Assembly (NCBI RefSeq): GCF_000281045.1
Contig: NW_008246170.1
Coordinates: forward strand, 21,926 to 65,915
Source of the DNA: Saprolegnia diclina VS20
Taxonomy: Eukaryota
Reading direction: 5' to 3'
DNA: 43,990 bases
Shown here one piece after another: positions 21,893-32,125 of this stretch; position 1 is the stretch's first letter; the number at the start of each line of letters is the position of its first letter. Position numbers and translations under genes: made by a program. The notes under the pieces are model-generated. The model saw only the letters and a list, made by a program, of their open reading frames with translations, did not search any database and was not told the origin of the DNA.

Positions 21893-23173
21893 ATGATAAT
21901 CTCCAAAGACTCCGTCGCGACTACCGTCGTTGCCATCGCTGCTGTCCTCGCGATTGCCCAAGGCGTCGTCGCCTACCGTGTCTCCAACGCATGGCTCGTC
22001 TCGTTATTTGTGCTGGCGCACGCTCAGGCCGCCAAAGCCGTCGCCATCCTCCTCTTCTTGTTTGCGGCAGCCGGTCTCTGCTCGCTCGTCCAGCCGCGCG
22101 GGCGCCGCAAGGTGCAACTCGTCGTTGTTTTCGTGTTTGTGGCCGCGTACGCCAGTCTCCTTGGTCTCGTTCTGGATGGAATGGCGATCGTCCAGACCAA
22201 CATTGAGGTGACGGCGCTCTTCACGTCGTACCAACATCGAGTCGACACGGTACTCAACTTGGAGCCGGGGTCTGTATTTTCTCAGGCGAAAGACGCGGGG
22301 TACCTCGAGTGGCTCCCAGGCGGCCGAGCCACCTCGGACTACTCACTCGGCCCCAACACGGAGCTCTTGGAAGCCTATGGCAACTACTCCAAGGCGGCGG
22401 CAAGGACGTTCGATGCTGCGTACTGCCTCGGCCAAGGCAAGACGTTTTGCGATACGCTCCCGTTCTCATCAACGATCGTGCTGCCGGGCATTTGGCGCAA
22501 CAAGAATGCCACGCGCGCCATGACTTCTGCGCTGGCGACCTTGCCAACGACCTTTGCCAACGTCACGATCACGTCCGCGACGACCATCAACAGCTTTTGC
22601 GCCCAAGCCGACGCGACGGCGCTGGCAATGTCCCGCAACGACAACATGACGCTCCAAGACGTCTGCGTCAGCTGCGCCGAGCTCATGAAGCCGATGCCGA
22701 CGCAGTACGCCGACGTCGCCTCGTACATTCAGACGACGTGTCCGCTCACGGTCGCGCGCAGCGAGGGCCTCTTTTGCATGGCGAGAGCGCACCCTTTCGA
22801 CGCCTGGTCCCCGATCAACACGGAGACCAACCAGCGTCGCAAGGTGTGGAACGACGATACGCTGCCGTACGGGAAGCCGTCGATGAGCGAGTGCTTTGGC
22901 CACACGCTGATGGCGCCCGCCCGACGTGACGCGCGAACGCTGGCGGTTGCCCTTAGTGCGCTCCTTCTTCTCAACGTCGTTGCATTTGTCTATCTCTGGC
23001 CACTGCGCCAACCCGACACGACGTGGGCGTCGCTCAAGCGCGGAATGAAGAAGTTGCAGAAGCGCTGGCGTCGCGACGAGCTGTCGATTAAAGCCATCAC
23101 CAACGACGTTCGACTCGTCGAGTCGGGGCCCCTTGCTACCAATAACGTTGTCGGTTGCCGCACGGTCCAGTAA
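21893..23173 (+). CDS. Tetraspanin-like membrane protein, 426 aa, paralog of the divergent neighbour
   Basis: Same topology. Shared motifs FDAAYC..G..FC..LP, TTINSFC, CVSCAE, I..TCP, FC and CF. Confidence 0.75.
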   Translation: MIISKDSVATTVVAIAAVLAIAQGVVAYRVSNAWLVSLFVLAHAQAAKAVAILLFLFAAAGLCSLVQPRGRRKVQLVVVFVFVAAYASLLGLVLDGMAIVQTNIEVTALFTSYQHRVDTVLNLEPGSVFSQAKDAGYLEWLPGGRATSDYSLGPNTELLEAYGNYSKAAARTFDAAYCLGQGKTFCDTLPFSSTIVLPGIWRNKNATRAMTSALATLPTTFANVTITSATTINSFCAQADATALAMSRNDNMTLQDVCVSCAELMKPMPTQYADVASYIQTTCPLTVARSEGLFCMARAHPFDAWSPINTETNQRRKVWNDDTLPYGKPSMSECFGHTLMAPARRDARTLAVALSALLLLNVVAFVYLWPLRQPDTTWASLKRGMKKLQKRWRRDELSIKAITNDVRLVESGPLATNNVVGCRTVQ

Positions 23174-23194
23174 ATATCGATAATTTCGTAGATC

Positions 23195-24443
23195 AATAGG
23201 TTTAGGTTTAGCTTCTTGTAGCCCGTCTTAATTCACTCACTCTTCATTTCAACTCCTCTTGAGCACCTGTCTTCTACCACCCTCGGTGCGCAGACAAAGC
23301 AGGCCTCAACATGGTCCATGAGGTCGGTCGCGTGCGTGCCGGCGTACACGTTGCGCAGACGAGCGCGTGTTGGTAAAGACGCGGTTCGGGAGCAGCTCGT
23401 CGGGGAGCGTGACTTCGACGTATTTGAGTTGCGTGTCGTCGACCAAGGAGCCGATGAGGTTGGCGCAGTACAAATCGCGGTCGAGGTCGTAGTCCGGGAT
23501 CTCGAGGCGGTCGGTCGCGAGCAAGTAGCGGCGGCGGCCGTCCTTGTAAATCTTGGCCTTTGTACCCTTGGCGGGAATTGGCGCAACGTGTACGCCGGCA
23601 CGCACGCGACCGACCGCATGGACCAAGTTGAGGCCTGCTTCGTCTGCGCACCGAGGGTGGTAGAAGACAGGAGCTCNNNNNNNNNNNNNNNNNNNNNNNN
23701 NNNNNNNNNNNNNNNNNNNNNNNNNNNNNNNNNNNNNNNNNNNNNNNNNNNNNNNNNNNNNNNNNNNNNNNNNNNNAGGCGCAATTGCGGACGCGGGCGA
23801 CTGATGGCATCTACTACAGCGAGCTTAGAGTCTAATCTTGCATCGATATTTGGTATTACAATTTCAGTTTGTCGTATATGTTTGCTACGAACCCGTGAGG
23901 TACTAACTAACGTTATTTCGTACGTGGCAGCTCGCTCCTTGACAATATCCTTGACGCACATCTCGATCCATTCGAGAACGCTAAATGGTCGAATCGAGTA
24001 TTCCTAAAGTTTATAATGACTGTGAAGCTGGTAATAGGCAGTTGATTGGCGTAGCGACCACAAGCCGAGACTAAGCGTCAGTGATTTATCGTGTGGCCGC
24101 AGAGACCGCTCCAAACTACAGTAACAACCAGGGCCACGGCGGTCTTGCAGACGTGTGGCGCCTGCAAGATCACAAGCTCGACAGCGCTACTTCGGCGATT
24201 GGCCAATAAGAACGCGGGTGTCACGCTCGCCGACGAGCTGCTCCCAAACCGCGTCATTACCAACTACGCGCTCGTCGGGCTGCGCAACGTGTACGCCGGC
24301 ACGCACGCGACCGACCGCATGGACCATGTTGAGGCCTGCTTCGTCTGCGCACCGAGGGTGGTAGAAGACAGGAGCTCGAGAGGAGTTGAAATAAAGAGTA
24401 AGTGAATTAAGACGTGCTACAAGAAGCTAAACCTAAACCTATT
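23195..24443. repeat. Fold-back structure: ~220-bp inverted arms plus a third partial arm
   Basis: 23195-23413 is the reverse complement (about 90% by eye) of 24220-24443, and 23581-23676 is the reverse complement of 23261-23356. The arms contain a coding-like 3' end (..RNVYAGTHATDRMDHVEACFVCAPRVVEDR..) plus 3' flank. Confidence 0.85.
23777..23835 (+). pseudogene. Orphan 3' tail of a Ycf45-type ATPase family gene
   Basis: AGGCGCAATTGCGGACGCGGGCGACTGATGGCATCTACTACAGCGAG is identical to about 19631-19677, then ends ELRV*. It is preceded by a gap. Confidence 0.7.
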
Positions 24444-24975
24444 CTTTGAGGCGGTGTTGTTGAGCTTCAACTTGAACTGCAAGCACAGCTGCAAGCACGT
24501 GCTTTCTCGGATCACGGGCAGAACACGCAACAAAACCATATTAGAATATTACACTCAACTCCCCTAACCACTAAACACCGACCGCAAGCAGCGCAAAAAC
24601 CAAGGCCCGAGCCGGAAATAGCGCCATCGCGTCGTCATACACAGCGCTCCACGGAACAAGATTGTACAATTGTCACGAGCTTCCCGAAAATGCTATTCGA
24701 ACAACCAGAAAGCTCGGACCTTGGTTGCGTTGTATCTGAGCTGTGTCGCGTCGACGGCGGCAGCTAAATGTGTAAATGTGGCGTCACGCAGATGTTATTT
24801 ATGGCACATGCCGCATATAATGTTGACCACCACAGAACTCTCATTGTATCGCTCACATGCCGACGCAGATGCGCATTGTATCATCTCGAATGTATTTTCT
24901 ATTGCTTTGTCAAGCTGGAGCGATTTCATTTCCCAGCGCGATTTCGTGCATTCTCAAGCTCAGGTTCACTGTCAC

Positions 24976-25241
24976 TAAATGTGGCACAGTGCCGTTTTAT
25001 TCGTGGCATGTGCCGCAATCTATCTTTGACAACCCATAATTGTCGCTGCATGCCTCGCACGCCGACATGGAGTAGCATTTCGGGACCTCCAAAGTGGCCT
25101 CAATCACTATGCCACGTAGAAGCGATTTCATTTTCCAACTCGATTTGGCGCACGCAGCGAGCGGCTCGGCGGCTTGGCGGCGGTGGTTGATCCAGAATCG
25201 CGTGGGATTGGCCCAAAATTCAAAGAAAATAGCCAATCAAA
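24976..25241 (-). repeat. Dispersed non-coding repeat, copy C
   Basis: Shares the exact 28-mer CACTTTGGAGGTCCCGAAATGCTACTCC and 20-mer GTGCGCCAAATCGAGTTGGA with copy D, in inverted orientation. Confidence 0.85.
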
Positions 25242-25257
25242 TGCTTCAAAATGATAT

Positions 25258-27618
25258 CTACTTCGTGTACCTTGGCGCCATACGCGCAGGAAGCTTGGCC
25301 GACGTCGTTGGCTTTTTGGTCGTAGGACCTCTGCGAGCAATGGCTCGGCGGAACGTCCACTCGTTATTGATGTTGGTGCTGTCGATGCGCTGTGGCATCG
25401 TCTGCAAAGTCGACGCGACGGCGTCGACCGCGTCTGCCAGCTCCACGTCGTCGAGCGCCAAACGCCCAAGCTCCAGCGCGAGACGCGCCGTGTCGTAGAC
25501 ATTTCCCAAAGCAATGCTAGCGACGACTTCGTGCACGTAGGTCGCAATGACGCGGCGGGCGTTGGCCCCCGACGAATCTTTGGTTGGCGATGAGACTGCC
25601 GCCTCTTCCGTCTCGGGCTCGGACGCGCCACCCTCGTCACTATCTACGTCAGAGCATACGGATGCTTTGTCCAATTGGGATCGACTACCCGCGAGCGACA
25701 CGTCGTCGTCATCGTCCATCGTCATGTTCGAGCGAGGCGGCGTGAGATCGACGCGGTCGTCCGGCGGAGGAAAGCCTTTGCCGACAAAGCACGGCCTGTT
25801 TGAGGCGCAAAAATCGAGCTGCGGGTGCTGCGTCAACCGCGCAACAATGGCCACGACCGCCGCGTCCGTGGGCACGTCGGGCGACACGAGCGGACGGACT
25901 TGGGACCGAATGTACGAGACATGAAAGACTTCACCGTCTTGCACCCACGCCAGGATCGCATCGAGATACGTGACTTCAAAGAGCTCCACGACGGTCGCGA
26001 CATCGATGGTGCTGTCGATGACCGGGCTTGGCTCGTGTACAGTTGGTGGCGACGGTGCTGTCGGTTCCGGTGCCAGCGGACGCGCGTTGGGACGTGGGGG
26101 AAGAGCTACGGTCGCAGGCTCGATGACAACGTGCTGAAGCGCCTCGCGGCTTGCCACGTTGCATGCGTCTGGGCCGTCCGATCGCGCAAGAGCGGTCGCT
26201 AGCGCCGGCACCGAGGAGACGGAGTGCAGAAAGGACATGTGCTGGAACGACGCCAGCGGCCGTCGGACAACAGCGGGATTGATGCCGAGACGCGGTGTTT
26301 GCTTCTTTGTCGCAGTGAGAACGTCCGTCACGCAGCCTGTCGCCCGCAGCATGCTAAGTACGGTCTGCGCTTTTGCTGCATCCCCGCAGCGATTCTGCAC
26401 GTTTCCCACAAGGTGGGCCGTCGCTTGCGGCGCCATAGCAATCTTCCGACCATAATGCTCGACAAGGGCAGAGACACTCGTCTTGATCGTCGCCTTGGGC
26501 ATCGTCCGCAGCGGCGGCAGATCGTTGGGTGACGCAGCGACCAGCATCTTGTTGAGCGCACCGCCGCGTCGCAAGCTCGGGTCGACGAGGAGACGTTGCA
26601 GAATGTACGCAGATGTACGAGGCACGTCGTCGACGTACCCTGCTTTCGTGAGCATCGACGTAATTTTCTCAAGCTTGAACTCCCTCTTCTTGGCCCGGAT
26701 CGCCTTGTGCACTGCACCATGGATGTGTACGATCAAGTGATCCAATAGCGCGTCATAGAGCGAACGACCCGCGTCACCACACGGCCGAGTCTCACGCGCG
26801 ACAACCTCCGAGGCGTCGGAAGCTGGCGCTAGCGCGGCTATACGGCAACGGCGCGGCATTGCTGGCCGCGAGAGAAGAAAGGTCAAGTCGCCAAAGGCAG
26901 CAGCCGGGGTGTGCAAGCACGCCGGGTTGATGGCAAGGCAGGGGCTGCCATCCGTCGCATTTGCGATGCAGCCGAGAGCTTTGAGACGCTGGACAACAAT
27001 GCGTTTGGCTTGATTGTTGGAGATACCAGCGCTGCCAGCAGCTGCATTCCTCGCGCGCTTGTAGATGGCTGCGTGCGACACGGGTTTCGACGCGATCTCT
27101 TGCGCCAAGCGTCGCACCAGCGCGTCCAAGACGTCGGGTGTGTCCGTGCTAGTGGCGTCCGTGTCTGGCGCGAGTTGCATCGCATCCAACACAAACTGCT
27201 GGCGCGAAGGATACAGCGTGATGCCCGGCTCGGCGGCGAGCAGCTCCACAATGATTGCAGTGACGGCAGCGATCTCGCCACTCGGCACGTACGTCGTCTC
27301 GTCGACCATGCGCGCTATCGTGGTCACGGCGAACGACGGCCGCCGGTTCTTCGTGGTCTGGACGATCATCGCCGCTCGCACAGACGCCGCGAGATGCACA
27401 AGCAGCGCGTCGTAAAGCGTGCTTGCGTCCTGTGGCGTCGAGGCACTGGTGTCGAGAGCCTCGTCGCGGCTCTCCGGGGCCGGGCGAGGCGCGACTCCAG
27501 GCTCGGCGACGGGCGCGGGCACGGTAGGCGGGCTGCGCACGGCTTCCTGCGCGTGGGTGCTCGGCGCGTCGGCAGCGCCGACCTCGCTGGCAGCGCTGGA
27601 GCTGAAGACACCGCCCAT
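25258..27618 (-). CDS. 786-aa protein made of ~6 winged-helix-like modules only, with a predicted N-myristoylation motif
   Basis: Intronless ORF starting MGGVFSS. Module ILAWVQDGEVFHVSYIRSQVRPLV matches ILAWVRDGQSFFVSYVTDQVRTLL (32929-36101 gene), and DETTYVPSGEIAAVTAIIVELLAAEPGI matches DHRYISSTNIFAIVRTIVHQLLEDPGI (14945-19688 gene). No exonuclease or ATPase domain. Confidence 0.8.
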   Translation of the reverse strand: MGGVFSSSAASEVGAADAPSTHAQEAVRSPPTVPAPVAEPGVAPRPAPESRDEALDTSASTPQDASTLYDALLVHLAASVRAAMIVQTTKNRRPSFAVTTIARMVDETTYVPSGEIAAVTAIIVELLAAEPGITLYPSRQQFVLDAMQLAPDTDATSTDTPDVLDALVRRLAQEIASKPVSHAAIYKRARNAAAGSAGISNNQAKRIVVQRLKALGCIANATDGSPCLAINPACLHTPAAAFGDLTFLLSRPAMPRRCRIAALAPASDASEVVARETRPCGDAGRSLYDALLDHLIVHIHGAVHKAIRAKKREFKLEKITSMLTKAGYVDDVPRTSAYILQRLLVDPSLRRGGALNKMLVAASPNDLPPLRTMPKATIKTSVSALVEHYGRKIAMAPQATAHLVGNVQNRCGDAAKAQTVLSMLRATGCVTDVLTATKKQTPRLGINPAVVRRPLASFQHMSFLHSVSSVPALATALARSDGPDACNVASREALQHVVIEPATVALPPRPNARPLAPEPTAPSPPTVHEPSPVIDSTIDVATVVELFEVTYLDAILAWVQDGEVFHVSYIRSQVRPLVSPDVPTDAAVVAIVARLTQHPQLDFCASNRPCFVGKGFPPPDDRVDLTPPRSNMTMDDDDDVSLAGSRSQLDKASVCSDVDSDEGGASEPETEEAAVSSPTKDSSGANARRVIATYVHEVVASIALGNVYDTARLALELGRLALDDVELADAVDAVASTLQTMPQRIDSTNINNEWTFRRAIARRGPTTKKPTTSAKLPARMAPRYTK

Positions 27619-28009
27619 CGCAATCTGCTGCTGGCGTCTCGTTGGCCAACTTGATACTTTTTATCCAAATCCTTCCATTTTATAATCGGGTGCGAACACG
27701 GTGTTTTAAAATATTGAGACAAATATTATGGATTTTTATCGGTGATTTATTTATGGATATATTATTATATGGAAATCGAAATCAAAATCACGGTCTCATC
27801 GCTTTGATTGGCAAGTCTTGACACGATCCAACAGCTCCAGCTAGCTTCGCAGTTGCAACTTGTAGCCGCCGACTACAATTGTAGTATACCGGAGACTACT
27901 GAAGTTAGCGATCAACAAAGGCCCACATCTTGATTCTACACGCGGTCCTAGACTCTATATCACCACATCCGGGCGCTCACGGACTCTGAAATCCAAAAAC
28001 TCTTTCAAA

Positions 28010-28108
28010 CTAGAGTTGCTGCTTGCTGTAGCAGAGGCCGTCAATCGCACGCGTCCGCACTTGCGCCTTGTACGCCTCGCCGGCCAAAATGCCATCGACC
28101 GCCGACGC
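28010..28108 (-). CDS. 3' terminal fragment of a Ycf45-type ATPase gene (probably the end of the 32929-36101 copy)
   Basis: ASAVDGILAGEAYKAQVRTRAIDGLCYSKQQL* versus ASAVDGILAGEAYEAQLRTRATDGIYYSEQKV* in the intact gene. Bounded by a gap. Confidence 0.75.
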   Translation of the reverse strand, partial: ASAVDGILAGEAYKAQVRTRAIDGLCYSKQQL

Positions 28109-28541
28109 NNNNNNNNNNNNNNNNNNNNNNNNNNNNNNNNNNNNNNNNNNNNNNNNNNNNNNNNNNNNNNNNNNNNNNNNNNNNNNNNNNNNNNNNNNNN
28201 NNNNNNNNNNNNNNNNNNNNNNNNNNNNNNNNNNNNNNNNNNNNNNNNNNNNNNNNNNNNNNNNNNNNNNNNNNNNNNNNNNNNNNNNNNNNNNNNNNNN
28301 NNNNNNNNNNNNNNNNNNNNNNNNNNNNNNNNNNNNNNNNNNNNNNNNNNNNNNNNNNNNNNNNNNNNNNNNNNNNNNNNNNNNNNNNNNNNNNNNNNGC
28401 TGCCACGACGGGAAGCACAGACCGATCGATATCAAACTGATCATCTCCGGTATAATACTCAATCATTGCCATGCACTTGCCGTTGACCATAAGACCTGAT
28501 ATTCCTTATTCTGATTGCGCTGCACGTTGCGCCACCGAGCC

Positions 28542-31500
28542 TCAAGCAGAGCTCGTTGCGATGTCGAAGCGACGAGCGAGGATGCGCAGCTTCTCGGCGT
28601 CTTCGGGCAGGTCATCGCCGCAGTCGGCATCCACGCACACTGCCGCTGTGATCGGGTTGGTCGTGCCGCAAATGTCGCAATCAATGCACAGGTTGATGGA
28701 GAAGCCTTTGGCAACAGCGACCTTGGCGCGCTTGAGCAACAGCGCGAGCTTGGTGGACGTATCCGGAAGCGCTTCGTTGCAGTTGCCGCAGTGCTTGTCC
28801 ATGGCAGCGTTCCGCGTCGCGCACAGAGGGCACGCTACGCGGCTGCTCATGGAAGCCAGCGACGACATTGTTGTCATCGACTACAAGACATGGGTCATTC
28901 GAGGTTACAAGCACGAACGGATGTCCTTACGGAGGTCGAGCTGGTGCTGGTGCTGGCGTCGAGCAAACATGTTGGCATCGGCTCGGGCTCGGGCAGGGCG
29001 ACGCTTGGCGCCTCCTCGTTCTGCTGAAGCAGGCGGTTAATGATTACTTGGGCACTCGGACGCCGCGCCGGATCCTGCGACAAACAGTCGTCAATGAGGT
29101 CTCTAAGCCACGGCGCACAATGTGGCCCCGGAGACGGACGCAACTCGCCGCTGCGAACGCCGTCGATGACAGAGAAGACGTTCATGCCCGTATACGGCAC
29201 CTGGAGCGAATCAAGCTCCGTCAAAATGACGCCAAATGAGTAAATGTCGGCCGCAAAGTCGTACGTGGCTCCTGACTCGAAGACCTCGGGCGCGGTCCAT
29301 GCCGGCGTCCCCACAAACGTCGTCATGTCGAGCTGGAACTCCTTCGTGAGGCCAAAGTCGGCCACCTTGATGTAGTTCTTGGAGCTCAAAAGCACATTGA
29401 GGCTCTTGAGGTCGCGGTGCACATAACCATTGCGGTGGAGGTCGGCAAGACCATTGGCAATGACCCACGCAATGTCGAGCGTCGAGTAGTCAACCTCCGT
29501 TGGTTCACCCTTGCGCTTCTTGTCGAGGTACTGGCGGAGGTTACCGCCGTCCATGTACTCGAGCACAAGCTTTGGGCTGTCACTGTCCTGACCCGAGACA
29601 GCCATGAGCTCCAGCAAGTACGGCGAGTTGCACCTAAACCACCGTGGTACGTGAACCGTTCACCGAGTCCAACCGTACGTTTGCATGGCGTGGATCTCGG
29701 CATGGAGGTCCTCGGCCCCGGTCGCGTACTTGGCCGACTTGACGGCGACGCGCTCGCTTTTGAAGATGCCTTTGTGCACGTAGCCAAAGCCGCCATCGCC
29801 AAGGAGCTCCTTGGCGTCCATATAGATGGCCTTCTCGGGCACCTACGGTTGCTGCAGCGTCAGTGTACGATGAAGCTATCGGTGGCTTGCATCCAGGGCA
29901 ATGTGGTGGACTGCCGAGTAGATTTGTTGCGGGATCCGGCGGTGGCGCAGCTTGATTGCGAGCACGAGCGGTGTTTCGTTGTCCTACGCGCTGGGTCATG
30001 CCCGAAACGACCTAGTGATGACAAACCTTGTTGCGAGGGTTCAGGTCCACGTCGGGCGCTCGCAGCAGCATCTCGAGAACATCGTGTTTGCCGCTGCGCA
30101 CGGCCAAATGCAGCAGCGTGTCGCCATTCTGTCGGTCTCTGAGAGATCTTGTATCGAATGTTCAAGGAGGCACCTGGTCCTTGATGTTGGGGCTGGCACC
30201 GTTGTCCACGAGAAGGCGTGTACGGGCAGCGTCGCCTGCCGCCACCGCATGCAATAGCTCCTTGGCAGGAGCGTCGAGGACCGAGGCGCAGTCGCCACCA
30301 ACGCCCTACGGTGGGTTAGCCATGGCGATTTCTAGAAACAGAGAGTACGCTCAAGGTGGCGCCGGCATCGAGGAGGAGGCTGACGATGGCCGTGTGGCCG
30401 GCCCGCGTCGCCACCGACAAGGCCGTGTCGCCGCTCTAAATCGCACGCATGAGACCATTTCCGGCAGTTGTTGTGCGGGTGCATACCGCGTCGGCAGCAT
30501 TGACGTTGGGCCAAAGACGAAGCAACGCGCGGACGACCGCCGCGTGACCACCCAAGGACGCGAGAAAGAGCGGTGTCGCGCCTGGCTAAACAGAGGACCA
30601 GTGTGTCATTGGGTTACGGCGGAGGTGAGCACGTACAGCTATTTTTTGGCGGCGGTATTTGTAGCGCTGCTGCACGACCTGGTTGACACTGGCGCCCGCG
30701 TCGAGAAGATGGCGCACGACGTCGACATGACCCATGCGCGATGCCGCGAGAAGCGGCGTGTCGCCGTCCTGGAGATGGTCACATGTGAGCAGGCAGTGCT
30801 CAGTGCGTGTTGCGTACGTTTGTCGCGCGATCGACGGCCGCACCGCCCGTCAAGAGCAACCCGACAACGTCCGCGTGACCGCCGCGCGCAGCAGAATACA
30901 GTGGTGTTCGTCCATTCTACAACAAAGGACGTATGTCCGCCTGCACGAGCGACGTTGCACCGTACATTCATGGGCTGGTCGACGCTCGCTTGGGCCTCGA
31001 GCAGCATCTTGACAACAGTGTTGAGGCCCTCTTGCGCGGCAGCCAGCAACGGTGTCTCGCCTTCCTACATACATATATTGCTAGAACACAAACCCAACTA
31101 GACTCGTACGTTGGCGGCTTGCTCGACGTTGGCACCGGCTTGCAACAGCATCGAGACGACGTGGGCGTGGCCTCGGACCGCCGCAATGTACAACGGCGTG
31201 ACCCCAGTCTACACGAGCTCGATGCTTTGTATTCTAAAAGTCACGCAGGACGTACGTCCATGGCAAGGTGGACATTGGCGGTGGCAGCGAGGAGCCGTCG
31301 CACAATGTCTTCATCGCCGTTTTGGGCCGCAACGAACACGGCCGTCGCGCCATCCTAAACGCGCGTTGGTGCCGGTTCAAGACAGGGGCAACGCTAGCCT
31401 ACACTTGTGGGCACATCCACGCTGGCTTTTGCGTCGAGCAGGAGCTGGACGACGCTAGCGTGGCCCTCGTACGCTGCAATGTACAACGGCGTCTGATTGT

Positions 31501-32125
31501 CGTCCTATGCAGCCGCCGTGAGAGGCCGAATGAAGCGAACTTGAGACGTACAAGCCACATGAGATCGACGCTGGCACCCGCAGACAAGAGCGCCGACACG
31601 ATCGCGTCCTCGCCGCGTTGTGCCGCCGCATACAGGGCGGTCTCTCCGTCCTATTGTCGATGATGTCGATGGAAGACAAGCGCATTTGTGCAGCGTACAG
31701 GCATGGCGAGATTGACGTCCGCGCCTCCTGCGAGAAGCAGATCGACGATATCTCCGGCGCCTGCGTGCACTGCCATCAGCAGCGGCGAGGACCCGTCCTA
31801 TGCACGCAAATGAGCCCGACCACTTTGGTCGTATCGGAAGAGTACGTTCATGGCGTGGTTGACGTTGGCGCCGGCGTCGATTAGCGCCGAAACGATGTCC
31901 GCATGGCCGTCCCCGGCGGCCACACAGAGCGCGGACGACCCGTTCTAGTAGCCAAGACTCCAGCACCCGACTTTGCACCGAAAAGGACGTACGCTCGTGG
32001 TCCACTCGAGGTCGGCTCCGTTCTTGAGCATGCGCCGCACACTCTTGACGCGTCCGTGAAAGGCTGCTTGCCACAACTCCTACATGAGCCCGCGTTAGCG
32101 GCAGCGACGGACGTCGTTGCACCAT
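28542..32125 (-). CDS. Ankyrin-repeat TKL protein kinase with C-terminal double zinc ribbon (complete, many exons)
   Basis: ATG-only first coding exon and more than 12 ankyrin exons. Complete kinase motifs: GDGGFG, VAVK, HRDLKSLNVLL, DFG, GTPAWTAPE, DIYSFG. Terminal exon with CPLC..CGNC and CDIC..CVDADC. Confidence 0.92.

Noticed and set aside
23198..23211. Telomere-like AGGTTTAGGTTTAG
   Set aside because: Only about two imperfect units, and they are part of the duplicated 3' flank.
23195..24443. Pack-MULE or other TIR transposon interpretation of the fold-back
   Set aside because: The flanks (..TTCGTAGATC and CTTTGAGGCG..) show no target-site duplication, and the arms look like a duplicated gene 3' end.
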